Shown one piece after another: positions 39,470 to 51,240 of a stretch of DNA of 64,000 bases; the first letter of the stretch is position 1, and every line of letters begins with the position of its first letter. The stretch comes from Halobacteriovoraceae bacterium. Lineage in GTDB: Bacteria > Bdellovibrionota > Bacteriovoracia > Bacteriovoracales > Bacteriovoracaceae. Location of the stretch: assembly GCA_963719505.1 (NCBI GenBank), contig CAVRCF010000001.1:160001-224000 (forward strand), in the 5' to 3' direction. The notes beneath the pieces were generated by a model. It was not told the origin of the DNA, did no database searches, and saw only the letters and a program-made list of their open reading frames with translations. A program made the translations under genes and the position numbers.

Positions 39470-39501
39470 ATTCTTTGATATTTTAAATGTTTATTTTCAC
39501 T

Positions 39502-41079
39502 TTATTCGTTTGCTGCTTTGTTTCTTTTATCCAATCCGTATTTATCCACTTTCATGATTAAACCAGCTCTTGAAATTCCAAGCTCTTTAGAAAGTCTTGA
39601 TTTATTGTAGTTGCAACGCTTCAATCCCTCTTTAATCATATAAGCTTCTAACTCATCTAACGCAGCCTTCAGTCCGCCTTTAGTATTAATTCCTTTAAGA
39701 TTTCCAACTTTCGCTGGCCCATCCACAGCATCTGTAATGACACTACTCAATAGATCAGGGGTAATGTTTTTATCAGAGCCCGCAAGGACAACAAGTCTTT
39801 CAACTTCATTTTGTAATTGCCTTACGTTACCAGGCCACTTGAAATCAATCATCTTCTCAATTGTTTTCTTAGACCATGTTTTTAGCGGATGTCCCATCTC
39901 TGCACACTTCTTATCCAAGAAATGATCCATTAGAACTGGAATATCCTCAGGTCTTTCTCGAAGAGAAGGAAGACCAACATTAATAACGTTTATTCTATAG
40001 TAAAGGTCTTCTCTAAACTCACCTTTTTGAATCATCTCTTTGAGTGGCTTATTCGTTGCCGCAACAACTCTAACATTTACCTTTTTAGCCTGGGTTGCAC
40101 CAACCGGAAGGAAAGTTCCCTCCTGCAAGACTCTTAGAAGTTTTACCTGCATAGCAAGCGTCATATCTCCAATCTCATCTAAAAATAATGTTCCACCGTT
40201 TGCTGCTTCAAAGAAGCCCTTTTTATCTTTAATTGCACCTGTAAATGACCCCTTCACATGCCCAAATAGTTCTGAGTCTAGAAGGTTGTCGTTAAATGCT
40301 GAACAGTTCACTGCGAGGAAAACTGCATCTTTTCTTGGTGAGCTAAAGTGAATTGCTTTTGCTACCATCTCCTTACCTGTACCGTTTTCACCTTGAATAA
40401 GTATTGTTGCCTCAGAACTCGATACCTTTGTTAGAAGGTGATAAACATCCTGCATAGGCTTCGATTTACCGATTATATTGTGATATCTATACTTGTTGCC
40501 AAGTTGAGCGTTTAGGTCTTGAATCCTCGATTCTCTCTTACCAACTTCTTCAGTCACAACAGAGATCTCTTGAGCCACTAAACCAATTAATTCTTTAAGA
40601 TATTCATATTCGTGAACTGCAAGCTTTTTAAGGTTATCGCATGCGCTTGTCGCATCGACCTCAGTTGCACCACAAGACACAAGTTTATCGACAATTTCTT
40701 TTCCTTCTCCAGTAGTCAAAAGATCAGTTACATAAGGATAAGCAAAGACGGCTCCTTGAAATTCACCATCAATTACTATCTTTGACGCCAACATTCGCAC
40801 ATGAGGAAAGAATGAATCAAAGTAAAAACAGTGTCCTTCAGCCTCTTGTACTTTAGCTAAACCCTTTTGAATATCTTCAGCGAGAAAGTCTTTTCCGTGG
40901 GGCATGTGGAGTTGAACTTTAAAAAAGTGGTTAACAAAGTCGTAGTCTTTATCGTGAATATTAGAGTGAATATTTCCATGCTTGTCAGTATAGAAGATAT
41001 CAACCCCGAACCACTTTCCGATAACCTCTTCTAGCTTCTTGTTTGCGTGTAAATCTTTTATTGCTGTCCAATCAATCAT
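39502..41079 (-). CDS. Sigma-54-dependent transcriptional activator with PocR-like N-terminal sensor
   Basis: GENGTGKE, SELFGHVKGSFTGA, LFLDEIG, FREDLYYR, WPGNVRQL, Fis-type HTH. Confidence 0.92.
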   Translation of the reverse strand: MIDWTAIKDLHANKKLEEVIGKWFGVDIFYTDKHGNIHSNIHDKDYDFVNHFFKVQLHMPHGKDFLAEDIQKGLAKVQEAEGHCFYFDSFFPHVRMLASKIVIDGEFQGAVFAYPYVTDLLTTGEGKEIVDKLVSCGATEVDATSACDNLKKLAVHEYEYLKELIGLVAQEISVVTEEVGKRESRIQDLNAQLGNKYRYHNIIGKSKPMQDVYHLLTKVSSSEATILIQGENGTGKEMVAKAIHFSSPRKDAVFLAVNCSAFNDNLLDSELFGHVKGSFTGAIKDKKGFFEAANGGTLFLDEIGDMTLAMQVKLLRVLQEGTFLPVGATQAKKVNVRVVAATNKPLKEMIQKGEFREDLYYRINVINVGLPSLRERPEDIPVLMDHFLDKKCAEMGHPLKTWSKKTIEKMIDFKWPGNVRQLQNEVERLVVLAGSDKNITPDLLSSVITDAVDGPAKVGNLKGINTKGGLKAALDELEAYMIKEGLKRCNYNKSRLSKELGISRAGLIMKVDKYGLDKRNKAANE

Positions 41080-41112
41080 ATTAGTCTCCTGACCTTATTA
41101 CTGTCTAGATAC

Positions 41113-41140
41113 TAATCGGATTCAATGCCATGAAACTTGA
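41113..41140 (-). promoter_or_regulatory. Sigma-28 (FliA)-type promoter for the sigma-54 activator
   Basis: TCAAGTTT-N12-TCCGATTA. Confidence 0.5.
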
Positions 41141-41205
41141 CATTAAGGCCATAAAAAGACCATATTTTTTACATCTTGGAGATTTTACTGTTTAATTTCA
41201 GTTAC

Positions 41206-41757
41206 TTAGATATTGTTTAAAAGATCGACAAAATGTTTTTGTGTCCACTCCTGACGTCCCACATACTTCTTAATGATGCTTAAATCTTTGTCAAATAGAA
41301 AGGTCTCAGGAAGTCTAAAGGTACCAAATGACTTTTGGTGAACTGAACCATCATCGATGACAATTGTGTAGTTCGAATAATCTCCAAACTTTTTAATAAA
41401 TTTTTTAATCTTTTTTTTATCATCATTAACGGCCACAAAGACAAACTCAACATCTTGGTTGTCTTTCATAATTTTTGTTAATTCCAACAGTTCCGGAAAT
41501 TCTTTTTCACAAGGTGCACACCATGTGGCCCAAAAGTGAACCATAAGCTTTTTACCGCTCTTGGCAAGCTTTGATAGATCCAAGCTATCCTCTGACTCAT
41601 GCACTTTAAATGACACCTCAGGGAGCTTTGTAATGACTGTATTAGTTTTAAAGGTATTAAAGCTTGAAAATTTTTTATCTAACATCACACCTTGATAGGT
41701 TACATAACCAAATGCGACGATAATAATGGAAAACACGAATACTAGTTTTTGATTCAT
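41206..41757 (-). CDS. TlpA/ResA-like membrane-anchored thioredoxin
   Basis: HFWATWCAPC, LPETFLFD, N-terminal TM. Confidence 0.9.
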   Translation of the reverse strand: MNQKLVFVFSIIIVAFGYVTYQGVMLDKKFSSFNTFKTNTVITKLPEVSFKVHESEDSLDLSKLAKSGKKLMVHFWATWCAPCEKEFPELLELTKIMKDNQDVEFVFVAVNDDKKKIKKFIKKFGDYSNYTIVIDDGSVHQKSFGTFRLPETFLFDKDLSIIKKYVGRQEWTQKHFVDLLNNI

Positions 41758-41760
41758 AAT

Positions 41761-41792
41761 AAAAAAGCCCTCATATTAGATATGAGGGCTTT
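41761..41792 (-). terminator. Intrinsic terminator of the alpha operon
   Basis: AAAGCCCTCATAT / ATATGAGGGCTTT stem with T6 on the minus strand. Confidence 0.8.
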
Positions 41793-41827
41793 ATAAACTG
41801 TTTTTGATTCTTTGTTAACTTAAAAGA

Positions 41828-42187
41828 TTAATCAACAAATGAGATATAACCCATCTTTGAAGCATCGCCTAACCTTTGGTCAGCAAGCTTAACAATTCTA
41901 GTATATCCACCATTTCTCTCTTTAAACTTAGGACCAACATTTCCGAAAAGTTTTGCAACAGCATCTTTGTTATTTAGTTTTTTGAAAGCAAGTCTTCTGT
42001 TATGAACAGAATCTACCTTTGCGATAGTAACAAGCTTCTCTAAATAAATTCTTTGTCGCTTTAGCTTTAGTTGAGTTGTCTTAATTTTACCGTGATCGAT
42101 AACTTCAATAGCCAAGTTTCTCATTAAAGATTTTCTATGTGCCGGGTTTACGCCTAATTTAAACTTATGTTTTGAGTGTCTCATCAT
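41828..42187 (-). CDS. rplQ: 50S ribosomal protein L17
   Basis: MRH...HRKSLMRNL...RNGGYTRI. Confidence 0.95.
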   Translation of the reverse strand: MMRHSKHKFKLGVNPAHRKSLMRNLAIEVIDHGKIKTTQLKLKRQRIYLEKLVTIAKVDSVHNRRLAFKKLNNKDAVAKLFGNVGPKFKERNGGYTRIVKLADQRLGDASKMGYISFVD

Positions 42188-42199
42188 TTACTCCTGATT

Positions 42200-43233
42200 A
42201 TTTCTATTCGTTGTTTTGAACTTGTTTCATTATACTGTCAACTTTCATACCTAAACCTAAGCCCCATTTGAGTAAGAATTTCTTTAATTTCATTTAAAGA
42301 CTTTCTACCAAAGTTCTTAGTTCTTAGCATTTCACCTTCAGTTTTAGAAACTAGCTCGTAAATATACTTAATATTAGCATTCTGTAAACAGTTAGCTGAA
42401 CGAACTGAAAGTTCAAGCTCGCATACTGGCTTAAGTAATGCATCATTTGTTGGTGAACTTGAAGTCGTTGTCGCACCGCCGTAGCTAACTTCAACCGGCG
42501 CATCTTCATCTTCAAAGTTTAAGAAAACGTTTAACTGATCTCTTAAAATCTTTGCAGAAAAAGCTACAGCATCTACTGGATCAACACCAGCATTTGTCCA
42601 AACTTCTAAAGTAAGCTTATCGTAATCTGTTCTCTTCCCTACCCTTGCGTTTGTTACAGTGTAGTTTACTCTGTGAACTGGAGAGAAAAGTGTATCGATA
42701 TAAATCCAACCAATCGGAAGATCAAATGCTTCTTTATTATCTAAAGCAGAAACATATCCTTTACCTCTAGCAATTTTAATTTCAATTCTAATGTTACCAC
42801 CAGAAGAGATGTTACAAATTATATGCTCAGGGTTAAGAACTTCAATATTAGCGCTATCAGCGATATCATGAGCTGTTACAGGCCCTTCTACTGTTTTTTC
42901 AAGAACAAGATTAACTTCTTCTTTATCGATTATTTTAAACTTAACTTCTTTCAGGTTTAAAAGGATTTCAGAAACTTCCTCTTTAACGTTATTGATTGTA
43001 CCAAACTCATGATCTACACCATCGATCTTAACAGCAACAATTCCTGCACCCTGAAGTGAAGATAAAAGAACTCTTCTCAAAGAGTTTCCTAAAGTTAGTC
43101 CATAACCTCTTTCAAGAGGCTTAGCGATAAATTTACCATAACTTGGCTTTAGAGCGTCGTTATCAACTTCTAAAGCTGTTGGGCGGATCATATCAACCCA
43201 GTTCTTTGATGAATACGTATTGTTAATAGACAT
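42200..43233 (-). CDS. rpoA: RNA polymerase alpha subunit; 3' end frameshifted and approximate
   Basis: [42 protein letters not shown]. Confidence 0.96.
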
Positions 43234-43256
43234 GGAATTATCTCCTTAAATTAAAA

Positions 43257-43649
43257 TTAAACTCTTCTTCTCTTAGGTGCTCTACAACCATTATGTGGCA
43301 TCGGAGACTTATCAGCTACAGATGTGATTTTTAGACCAACACCAAGTAGTGCTCTGATTGCGTTCTCACGTCCTGCACCAGGTCCTTTAACTTTAACGTC
43401 TACAGATGATACGCCATGCTCAATCGCTTTCTTAGCAGCTTCCTGAGAAGCAACCTGTGCAGCAAATGGAGTCGACTTTTTAGATCCTCTGAATCCTAAT
43501 CCACCAGCAGATGCCCATGAGATTGCATTTCCTTGAGGGTCTGCAAATGTAACAATCGTGTTATTAAACGACGCTTGAATGTGACATACAGCGTGCGATA
43601 TATTCTTTTTTACTTTTTTCTTACCAGTTGTTTTAGTTGTCTTAGCCAT
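43257..43649 (-). CDS. rpsK: 30S ribosomal protein S11
   Basis: [30 protein letters not shown]. Confidence 0.97.
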   Translation of the reverse strand: MAKTTKTTGKKKVKKNISHAVCHIQASFNNTIVTFADPQGNAISWASAGGLGFRGSKKSTPFAAQVASQEAAKKAIEHGVSSVDVKVKGPGAGRENAIRALLGVGLKITSVADKSPMPHNGCRAPKRRRV

Positions 43650-43662
43650 AACTATTTCCTAA

Positions 43663-44044
43663 TTATTTCATTGATTTGATTGATTTCTTACCTGCAATTG
43701 CAACTGCTTTACCCTTACGAGTTCTAGCGTTGGTATGCGTTCTTTGTCCACGACAAGGTAAGCTTTTTCTATGTCTCATGCCTCTGTAACACCCAAGATC
43801 TTTCAATCTTTTGATGTTAAGACCGATTTCACGACGAAGGTCACCTTCAACAGTGTACTCATCTAAAATCTTTCTAATTTCATTTGACTTCTTCCTCAGA
43901 TAATTCATTTGAGTTCTTTAGAAGATCAATTCCTGCTTTATTTAAAACTTCTTCGCCAATCATTGGACCAACACCATAAAGTGATCTAATCGCAATTTTC
44001 ATAGCTTTGTTTCTTGGTAAATCTACACCTAATATTCTAGCCAT
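43663..44044 (-). CDS. rpsM: 30S ribosomal protein S13 (frameshifted)
   Basis: [10 protein letters not shown]...; [20 protein letters not shown]. Confidence 0.95.
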
Positions 44045-44057
44045 TGTTTTCTCCTAA

Positions 44058-44174
44058 CTAACCTTGTTTCTGCTTGTGTCTAGGGTTCCCTTTACAGATA
44101 ACTCTTAAAACACCTTTTCTTTTGATAATCTTACAGTCTTTACAAATCTTTTTGACTGACGCACGTACTTTCAT
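44058..44174 (-). CDS. rpmJ: 50S ribosomal protein L36 (zinc-binding type)
   Basis: Hand translation [38 protein letters not shown]. Confidence 0.96.
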   Translation of the reverse strand: MKVRASVKKICKDCKIIKRKGVLRVICKGNPRHKQKQG

Positions 44175-44179
44175 AGTTC

Positions 44180-44407
44180 CTACCCTTTACTTCTGTAAAT
44201 GATTCTCCCTTTTGATAAATCGTACTTGCTAATTTCAACAAGAACTTTATCTCCAGGTAAAATCTTAATAAAATTCATTCTCATCTTCCCACTAATATGG
44301 GCCAAAATTATATGTCCATTCGGTAACTTAACTTTAAATTTTGTGTTTGGGAGTAGTTCTAATACTTCTCCTTCGACTTCTAAAATGTCGTTCTTAGCAT
44401 CTGCCAT
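44180..44407 (-). CDS. infA: Translation initiation factor IF-1
   Basis: LPNTKFKV...[20 protein letters not shown]. Confidence 0.96.
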   Translation of the reverse strand: MADAKNDILEVEGEVLELLPNTKFKVKLPNGHIILAHISGKMRMNFIKILPGDKVLVEISKYDLSKGRIIYRSKG

Positions 44408-44479
44408 AAAAAAATTCACCTACAATTGAGCAACTTGTATATAAAACTTAGTGCGAGAATGCAATAAGTAAATAAATAC

Positions 44480-45115
44480 TAATTACTATAATTTTTCTTT
44501 ATATTTGGTTGTATACATGATCGGGGTCTTTTTGAGCGTCAATTGTCGCTAATTTACCCTTTTGACGGAAAAATTCTAAGATTGGATCGATGGTATTTTT
44601 GTAAACTTCCATTCTTTCCCTGACAATTTCTTCTTTGTCGTCAGTTCTCTGAATGAGAGGCTCTCCAGTTACATCACAAACACCTTCAACTTTCGGAGGG
44701 TTAGAGATGAGGTTGTAGATGTGTTTACCATCTTTAGTTATTCTTCTATTAGTAATTCTTTCTATCAAAATATCCAAATCTAAATCAAAGTAGACAGCAA
44801 GGTAGTCATGGCCCGTCTAAAATGCCATCTAAAGTTTTTGCCTGCTCTTCATTACGAGGATATCCATCAAATATATATGTACTATTATTTAAATCTAAAT
44901 TTGCTTTGAGTAATTCTACGACTAAATCATCAGAAACAAGTTGTCCTGCGTCCAGAACACTCTTAACCTTTTTTCCAAGTTCACTTTCCTTAGCAATTTC
45001 TGATCTGTAGTAAGTCTCCAGTTGAAACATGATATAGCCCATCTGTCTTTAGCCTAGCGGACTGAGTTCCTTTACCAGAACCCGGAGCACCTAAAAGAAT
45101 AAGATGCTTTTTCAT
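44480..45115 (-). CDS. adk: Adenylate kinase (frameshifted, 3' end approximate)
   Basis: ILLGAPGSGKGTQ, GQLVSD, FDGYPR, QRTDD. Confidence 0.92.
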
Positions 45116-46443
45116 TAGAACCTTCTTCCTGCTCCCTGTATTTACCACGAGACTTGTAGGCTGTGTCGTAACGTTGAGATATCATAAAACTCTCAGCCTG
45201 TGCCATCGTGTCAATTGCTACACCAACAAGAATTAGTAATGATGTTCCACCAAAGTAAAAAGGAACTTTTGCTACGTTAAATAAGATCGCTGGCATAATA
45301 CATATCAATGACATGTAGATACCACCAACAAGTGTTAACCTATCAACAATCATTGTCAAGAAACTCAGCTGTTTTAGCCCCTGGTCTAATACCTGGAACG
45401 AAACCACCATTTTTCTTTAAAGATTCAGATATATCTTCTGTTTTAAATTGAATTTGAGCATAAAAATAACAAAAGAAGATAATTAACCCAACAAAAACAA
45501 CATTATAGAGTGTTTTACCAGGATAAAGTGACTGTTGAATCGTATCCATATAGATTTTAAAAGGACTTCCCTCAGAAACAAACTGCGAGATTGTTGTTGG
45601 AAAACCAAGAAGAGCAGAAGCAAAAATCGGAGGCATAACACCAGCGATATTAACTTTAACTGGAAGGTGAGATGTTTGCCCTCCAAAGACTCTATTATTA
45701 ACTACTCTTTTGGCGTATTGAACTGGTACTTTTCTAAAAGCTTTCTCGTGAAAATAATGATCCAGAAAGAGCAAGCATAATAGCGGCAACAAGACCTAAG
45801 TTTAGACCTGACAATCTCACCATTTTTGAAAAGATTTACCGTATCTCTACATACCGTCAGGTATACCAGCTGCAATACCGGCAAAGATAATTAGTGAAAT
45901 ACCGTTTCCAATACCTCTTTCAGTTATCTGCTCACCTAGCCACATAACAAACATTGTTCCGGCAGTAAGAGTAATAACGGTTAGCAGCTCTAAAAGACAT
46001 TCCTGGCTCTAGAACAATTGGTAAGACCACTTGGACTTTTAAGTGCTTCAAGACCAACAGCATAAACCGTACCCTTGAATCATACAAAGAAGAACTGTTG
46101 CGTATCTTGTCCATTGTTGAATTTTTTTATGACCATCTTGCTCTTTTTGAATTTCGGCAAGAGCTGGAAATGAAACTGCAAGAAGGCTGAAGATAATTGA
46201 ACATGTAATATACGGCATAATTCCAAGTGCAAGAACACGAGAATCTCTCAAGAGCTCCACCTGTAAAATTATTGAATACTCCAAAAACAGATCCTTGCAT
46301 ACTTCAAAAAATGAAGACTAAGCGCTGAAGCATCAACACCTGGAGTAGGGACCTGAGTCGCTATTCTAAAAACACCTAGTATAAAGTAACGTAAAAAATA
46401 TTCTTTTACGTAATTCTTCTATCTTTCCTTGCGCTGTAGACAT
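45115..46443 (-). CDS. secY: Preprotein translocase SecY (frameshifted)
   Basis: [44 protein letters not shown]. Confidence 0.95.
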
Positions 46444-46444
46444 T

Positions 46445-46946
46445 TTACTTAGCCTCTTTTTTCTCGATTTTGCTCTTTTCCAGCAATAACTACTTTTTCA
46501 ATCTTTCCACCAGCTTTTTCAATCAGCTTCTTGAGCAGACTTAGAAAATTTATCAATAGTTTTGAAATGTTAAAGCTTTAGTAAAGTCACCCTTACTAAG
46601 AATTTTAATTGGTAGTCTTTTATTTTTACCGCTTAAAAGCCCTTTTGCAATTAGATTCTCTCTATTTACTTCTTCACCATCAAACTTTGCAGTTCGATTT
46701 GGCCAAGTAGTAACAATTGCATATTCTGTTTTGAATGGTGCATTAGAGAAACCTCTTTTAGGAAGTCTTCTATAGATAGGCATTTGCCCACCTTCGAAAC
46801 CAAGCATTACTCCACCACCAGATCTTGCTTTTTGACCTTTGTGACCTTTACCCGCTTGAGTACCCTGACCAGAACCTTGTCCTCTACCAATTCTTTTTGT
46901 GTTTTTTGTGCGCCTTTTGGGCTTTTTAAATTATTTAAGTAAGCAT
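46445..46946 (-). CDS. rplO: 50S ribosomal protein L15 (frameshifted)
   Basis: [25 protein letters not shown]. Confidence 0.93.
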
Positions 46947-46971
46947 ATAACCTCTATGATTAAACCTAAGC

Positions 46972-47157
46972 TTATTTTTCTTCGATAACATCAATTAAGT
47001 GAATAACCTTTTTGATCATCCCTCTAACAGATGGTGTGTTTTCTAATGTTCTAGTTGAATTCAGTTTTTCTTAAGACCTAATCCTCTAACATTAGCTTTA
47101 TTGCTTTTCTGTGCAAGAGATAATACTTTTTTTAAGTCTAATAGTTATTGTACTCAT
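46972..47157 (-). CDS. rpmD: 50S ribosomal protein L30 (frameshifted)
   Basis: [15 protein letters not shown]...[16 protein letters not shown]; position in the spc operon. Confidence 0.88.
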
Positions 47158-47158
47158 T

Positions 47159-47806
47159 TTATTCTCCACGGCTAATCTAGCCTTTAGAAGTTTCTAATTA
47201 TTTGCTAGAGATTCTTAGACTCTTTGCTTCTACTCCACGAGCAGCTAGCAACAGTCTCAACCGATCTTAAATGCTTTAAGAGCAGCAAAAGTTGCTTTTA
47301 CAACGTTATGTGGGTTTGAACCTCTAAGAGATTTTGTTAATACATCTTTAACACCAGCTAGTTCTAAGAATTGAACGACATGCACCAGCTGCCTTAACCC
47401 CAGTACCTTCAGAAGCTGGTTTAAAAAGAATCTTTCCAGCATCAAATTCCCCAATAATTGTGTGAGGAATAGTTCCTTTTTCAATTGGAACATTAATCAT
47501 TCTTTTAGCAGCAACTTGAGAAGCTTTTCTAATAGCATCAGGAACTTCTTTTGCTTTACCAAGTCCGTAACCAACTTACCTTTCATATCACCAACGATTA
47601 CTAAGAGCAGAGAAAGAGAACCTACGTCCACCTTTAACAACTTTTGCAACTCTGATTAACAGCAACAACTCTTTCTTCAAACTCAGGAGCACCGTTTGTT
47701 CTCAGGTTTCTTTGGAGCTCTAGGAGTCTCTCTCTTTGTGGTTTTTTACCTTTTGGAGCAGCTTGTTTTAGCTTCAACTTCGTGTTTTTCGGTTCTCAGT
47801 AGTCAT
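47159..47806 (-). CDS. rpsE: 30S ribosomal protein S5 (frameshifted)
   Basis: [32 protein letters not shown]. Confidence 0.93.
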
Positions 47807-47823
47807 TATATTTATCCCCTAAA

Positions 47824-48201
47824 TTAGATTTGAATTCCACCTTCTCTTATTGAATTCGCTAAAGCTGCAACAACACCTGTATACTTCTTTCCATTTCTAT
47901 CAAAGACAGCTTTTTCAATATTCTTTCCTGCAAGACCTTTAGCAACTGCTAGTACCAACAATTTTAGCACCTTCAGTACTTGAGTTAGTGCCAACAGCAT
48001 TTTTTCCAAAAGTTTGAACAGAAAAAAAGTTTTGTTAGTTGAAGCATCATCAATAACTTGAACAAAAAGATTATTGTTCGTCTTTGTTGCACAAATTCTT
48101 GGTCTCTCAGTAGTACCAATAATTTTCTTTCTTGTTGATAACTTTCTTCTTTGCTCTTTAGCTTTTGATGCATTTTTTATTTTCTTTAATGATTTTCTCA
48201 T
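47824..48201 (-). CDS. rplR: 50S ribosomal protein L18 (internal indels)
   Basis: GTTERPR, VFDRNGKKYTG, REGGI. Confidence 0.92.
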   Translation of the reverse strand: MRKSLKKIKNASKAKEQRRKLSTRKKIIGTTERPRICATKTNNNLFVQVIDDASTNKTFFLFKLLEKMLLALTQVLKVLKLLVLAVAKGLAGKNIEKAVFDRNGKKYTGVVAALANSIREGGIQI

Positions 48202-48213
48202 ATTTTCTACCTA

Positions 48214-48760
48214 TTATTTTTTAGCACCTGTTTTACCAGCTTTTCTAATAATTGTTTCATCAGCAGTATTTAATACCTTTACCTTTGTAAGGCTCAGGTG
48301 GTCTGAATGATCTAATTTTAGCTGCAGCAAAACCAACTAGTTCTTTGCTTATTCCAGAAACTTCAATATCATTTTTCGCTACAGTTGCTTCAATACCTTC
48401 AGGAAGTTTGTATTCTATTGGGTGTGAATAACCAAGGTTTAGAGTCATTGTGTCACCTTGAACAGCAGCTTTATAACCAACACCTGTAAACGTCTAGAGT
48501 CTTTAGTGAAACCATCAGTTACACCAATAACCATATTATTTACTAAGTGTTCTAGTTAATCCCCAAAGAGCTCTGTTTTTCTTAGTTTCATCAACAGGCT
48601 TAACAGTAATTGTACTTATCTTCTTGCTCAACAGTAACGCCCTCATGATGAGTAAATCTCTAAGTTGACCTTTGGGCCCTTTACAGCAATTTTTCTATCG
48701 TCAATCTTTAACAGTAACTTTTTCTGGAACTGTTATTGGTTGTTTACCAATTCTTGACAT
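48214..48760 (-). CDS. rplF: 50S ribosomal protein L6 (frameshifted)
   Basis: [28 protein letters not shown]. Confidence 0.94.
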
Positions 48761-48769
48761 GGTTAACTC

Positions 48770-49154
48770 CTACCAAACGTTACAAAGAACTTCACCACCA
48801 AGCTTCATCGCTTTCGCTTTTCTAGAGGATACAATTCCTGCTGAAGTTGAAACAATTGAAACACCTAGTCCACTTAGAACTCTTGGCATCTCTCTGTAAC
48901 CTTTATAAATTCTTAAACCAGGCTTAGATACTCTTTCAATTCCAACAATAGCATCTTCTTTAACACCAACTCTTAATGTTAAGACTGTTCATCTTTAGCT
49001 ACAATTTTAAAGTTTTTGATAAATCCTTCTTCTTTAAGAACTTTAGCAAATATTGGCTTTAATTTTACTTGCTGGCATATCTACTTTCGTATGATCTTGC
49101 TCTCGCACCATTTCTTATTCTTGTTAGCATGTCTGCTAGTGGATCAGTCATCAT
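48770..49154 (-). CDS. rpsH: 30S ribosomal protein S8 (frameshifted)
   Basis: [34 protein letters not shown]. Confidence 0.93.
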
Positions 49155-49166
49155 AATTTTATTCTC

Positions 49167-49475
49167 CTACCAACTAGCCTTAGTCACACCAGGGATAATC
49201 CTTGTGTGCTAGTTCTCTAAAATGTGATTCTGCATAATTTGAAAGTCTCTATAATATCCTCTAGGTCTTCCAGTAACTTCACAACGATTTCTCACTCTGA
49301 TTCGACTAGTATCTCTAGGCATTTTCTGAAGCTTCTTCTAAAGCATTATCTCTATCTTCATCGATAGCGTTAGGATCTGACAATGCATGTTTCTAAGTTC
49401 AGCTCTTTTAGGCTCACCCTTCTCAGCCATTTTTCTTCTTCTATTATTTTTTGCAATTGAACTTATTTTCGCCAT
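49167..49475 (-). CDS. rpsN: 30S ribosomal protein S14, long form (frameshifted)
   Basis: [34 protein letters not shown]. Confidence 0.92.
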
Positions 49476-49485
49476 AATAATTTCC

Positions 49486-50037
49486 TTATTTCTCTCTGAA
49501 AGGCATTCCAAACATTTTTAATAAGATCTCTTCCTTCTTCGTTAGTTTTCGCTGTTGTTACAAATGAGATTCCCATTCCACGAACTTTATCGATTTTATC
49601 GTAGTTAATCTCAGGAAACATGATTTGCTCTTTCATTCCTAATGAGTAATTTCCTTTACCATCAAAAGCTTTAGGGCTTAAACCTCTAAAGTCTTTAACT
49701 CTTGGAAGAGAAAAAGAAATCATAGTCTATCTAGGAATTCGTACATTCTTTGCACCTCTAAGAGTTACTGATGCTCCAAGAGCTTGACCTTCTCTAAGCT
49801 TAAATGAAGCAATTGAGTTTTTAGCTCTTGCGATAACAGGCTTTTGTCCCGAAATTGCAGTTAAGTCTGACAACAATACCTTCAACAACTTTACCGTTAG
49901 TAACTGCATCACGATGTAACACAGTTAATAACTATTTTTTCAAGCTTTGGAATCTGATGAACGTTTTTATATTTGTACTTGTCCATCATTTTCTTTTTAA
50001 TCTCTGATTTATACAGAGTTTTCATTCTAGTACTCAT
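49486..50037 (-). CDS. rplE: 50S ribosomal protein L5 (frameshifted)
   Basis: [34 protein letters not shown]. Confidence 0.94.
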
Positions 50038-50048
50038 GACTTCTCTAA

Positions 50049-50366
50049 TTATTTTAATACAGAACCGCATGTAGTGCGACTCTTAGTTTTCTTTCCATCT
50101 TTGTTCTTCAATTCTTACTCTTGTAGCTTTCCCAGTCTTTGGAGAAACAAGAGCAATATTACGTAAATGAATAGGTTTTTCCATTTCAGAAAATCCACCA
50201 GATGGATTTTCTTGAGTAGGCTTCATTGCTTTTTTAACCATGTTAACACCTTCAACAAGAACAGTGTTCTCTTTTAGAGTTATAGATTAGTACAGTTTAC
50301 CTTTTTTGCCCTTTATCTTTTCCGGCAATAACTAATTACTTCGTCGTTTAATTTTAACTTTTGCAT
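50049..50366 (-). CDS. rplX: 50S ribosomal protein L24 (frameshifted)
   Basis: [17 protein letters not shown]; between rplN and rplE. Confidence 0.9.
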
Positions 50367-50380
50367 GATTTTATCCTACT

Positions 50381-50754
50381 CTAAAGTACTTCTGGAGCTA
50401 AAGAACAAATCTTAGTAAAATTTTTGTTTCTTAGTTCTCTTGCAACAGGTCCAAATATACGTGTACCAACAGGATCTTGTCCTTGAGCACCCAAGTATAA
50501 CAACACTGTTTTTATCAAATCTGAATATAAGATCCATCTTCTCTTCTAATTGGATATTCAGTTCTTACGATTACTGCTTTCTTAACATCACCTTTCTTGA
50601 TTTTTCCACCAGGAAGTGCTTGTTGAACAGCAACAACAATAATGTCACCAAGAGCAGCAGACATTCTTTTAGATCCACCAAGAACCTTAATACACTTTAC
50701 TATCTTTGCTCCTGAGTTATCTGCAACTTCTAGTTTTGTTTGCATTTGTATCAT
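50381..50754 (-). CDS. rplN: 50S ribosomal protein L14 (frameshifted)
   Basis: [36 protein letters not shown]. Confidence 0.95.
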
Positions 50755-50786
50755 TTTATTACTCCTCACTTCTTTGACGATTAAAT

Positions 50787-51040
50787 CTATTTAGAAATAG
50801 TTCCCACTTCTTTAATTTAGAATGTGGTCTTGATTCGATAATTGTTACAACATCACCAATTCATGCAGCAGTATTAGATTCATCATGAGCATGATACTTC
50901 TTAGTCTTGATTTACGAACTTACTGTAAACAGGGTGCTTAAAACGTCTTTCAACTTTTACTACAATTGTTTTTTCACCTTTATGCACTTACAACAGTACC
51001 TCTTCAGTGTTCTTTTAAATCTTTTACTTGTTTCGCTCAT
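50787..51040 (-). CDS. rpsQ: 30S ribosomal protein S17 (frameshifted)
   Basis: [25 protein letters not shown]. Confidence 0.9.
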
Positions 51041-51044
51041 GATT

Positions 51045-51240
51045 ATTTACTCCTTCTTTAGTGTTTAAAACAGTTATAAGTCTTGCAATATCTCTTTTGA
51101 TGTCTTCTAAACATATGAGTTTTCTCAACATTAGTTGTTGATTTTTGGAGTTTCAAATCGAAAAGTTCTTTTCTTAGCTCAGAAACTTTTTGGTTAATTG
51201 CAGCGCTATCAAGCGTACTAATTTCTTTCATTTTTAGCAT
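51045..51240 (-). CDS. rpmC: 50S ribosomal protein L29 (3' indel)
   Basis: LRKELFDLKLQ; operon position. Confidence 0.88.
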
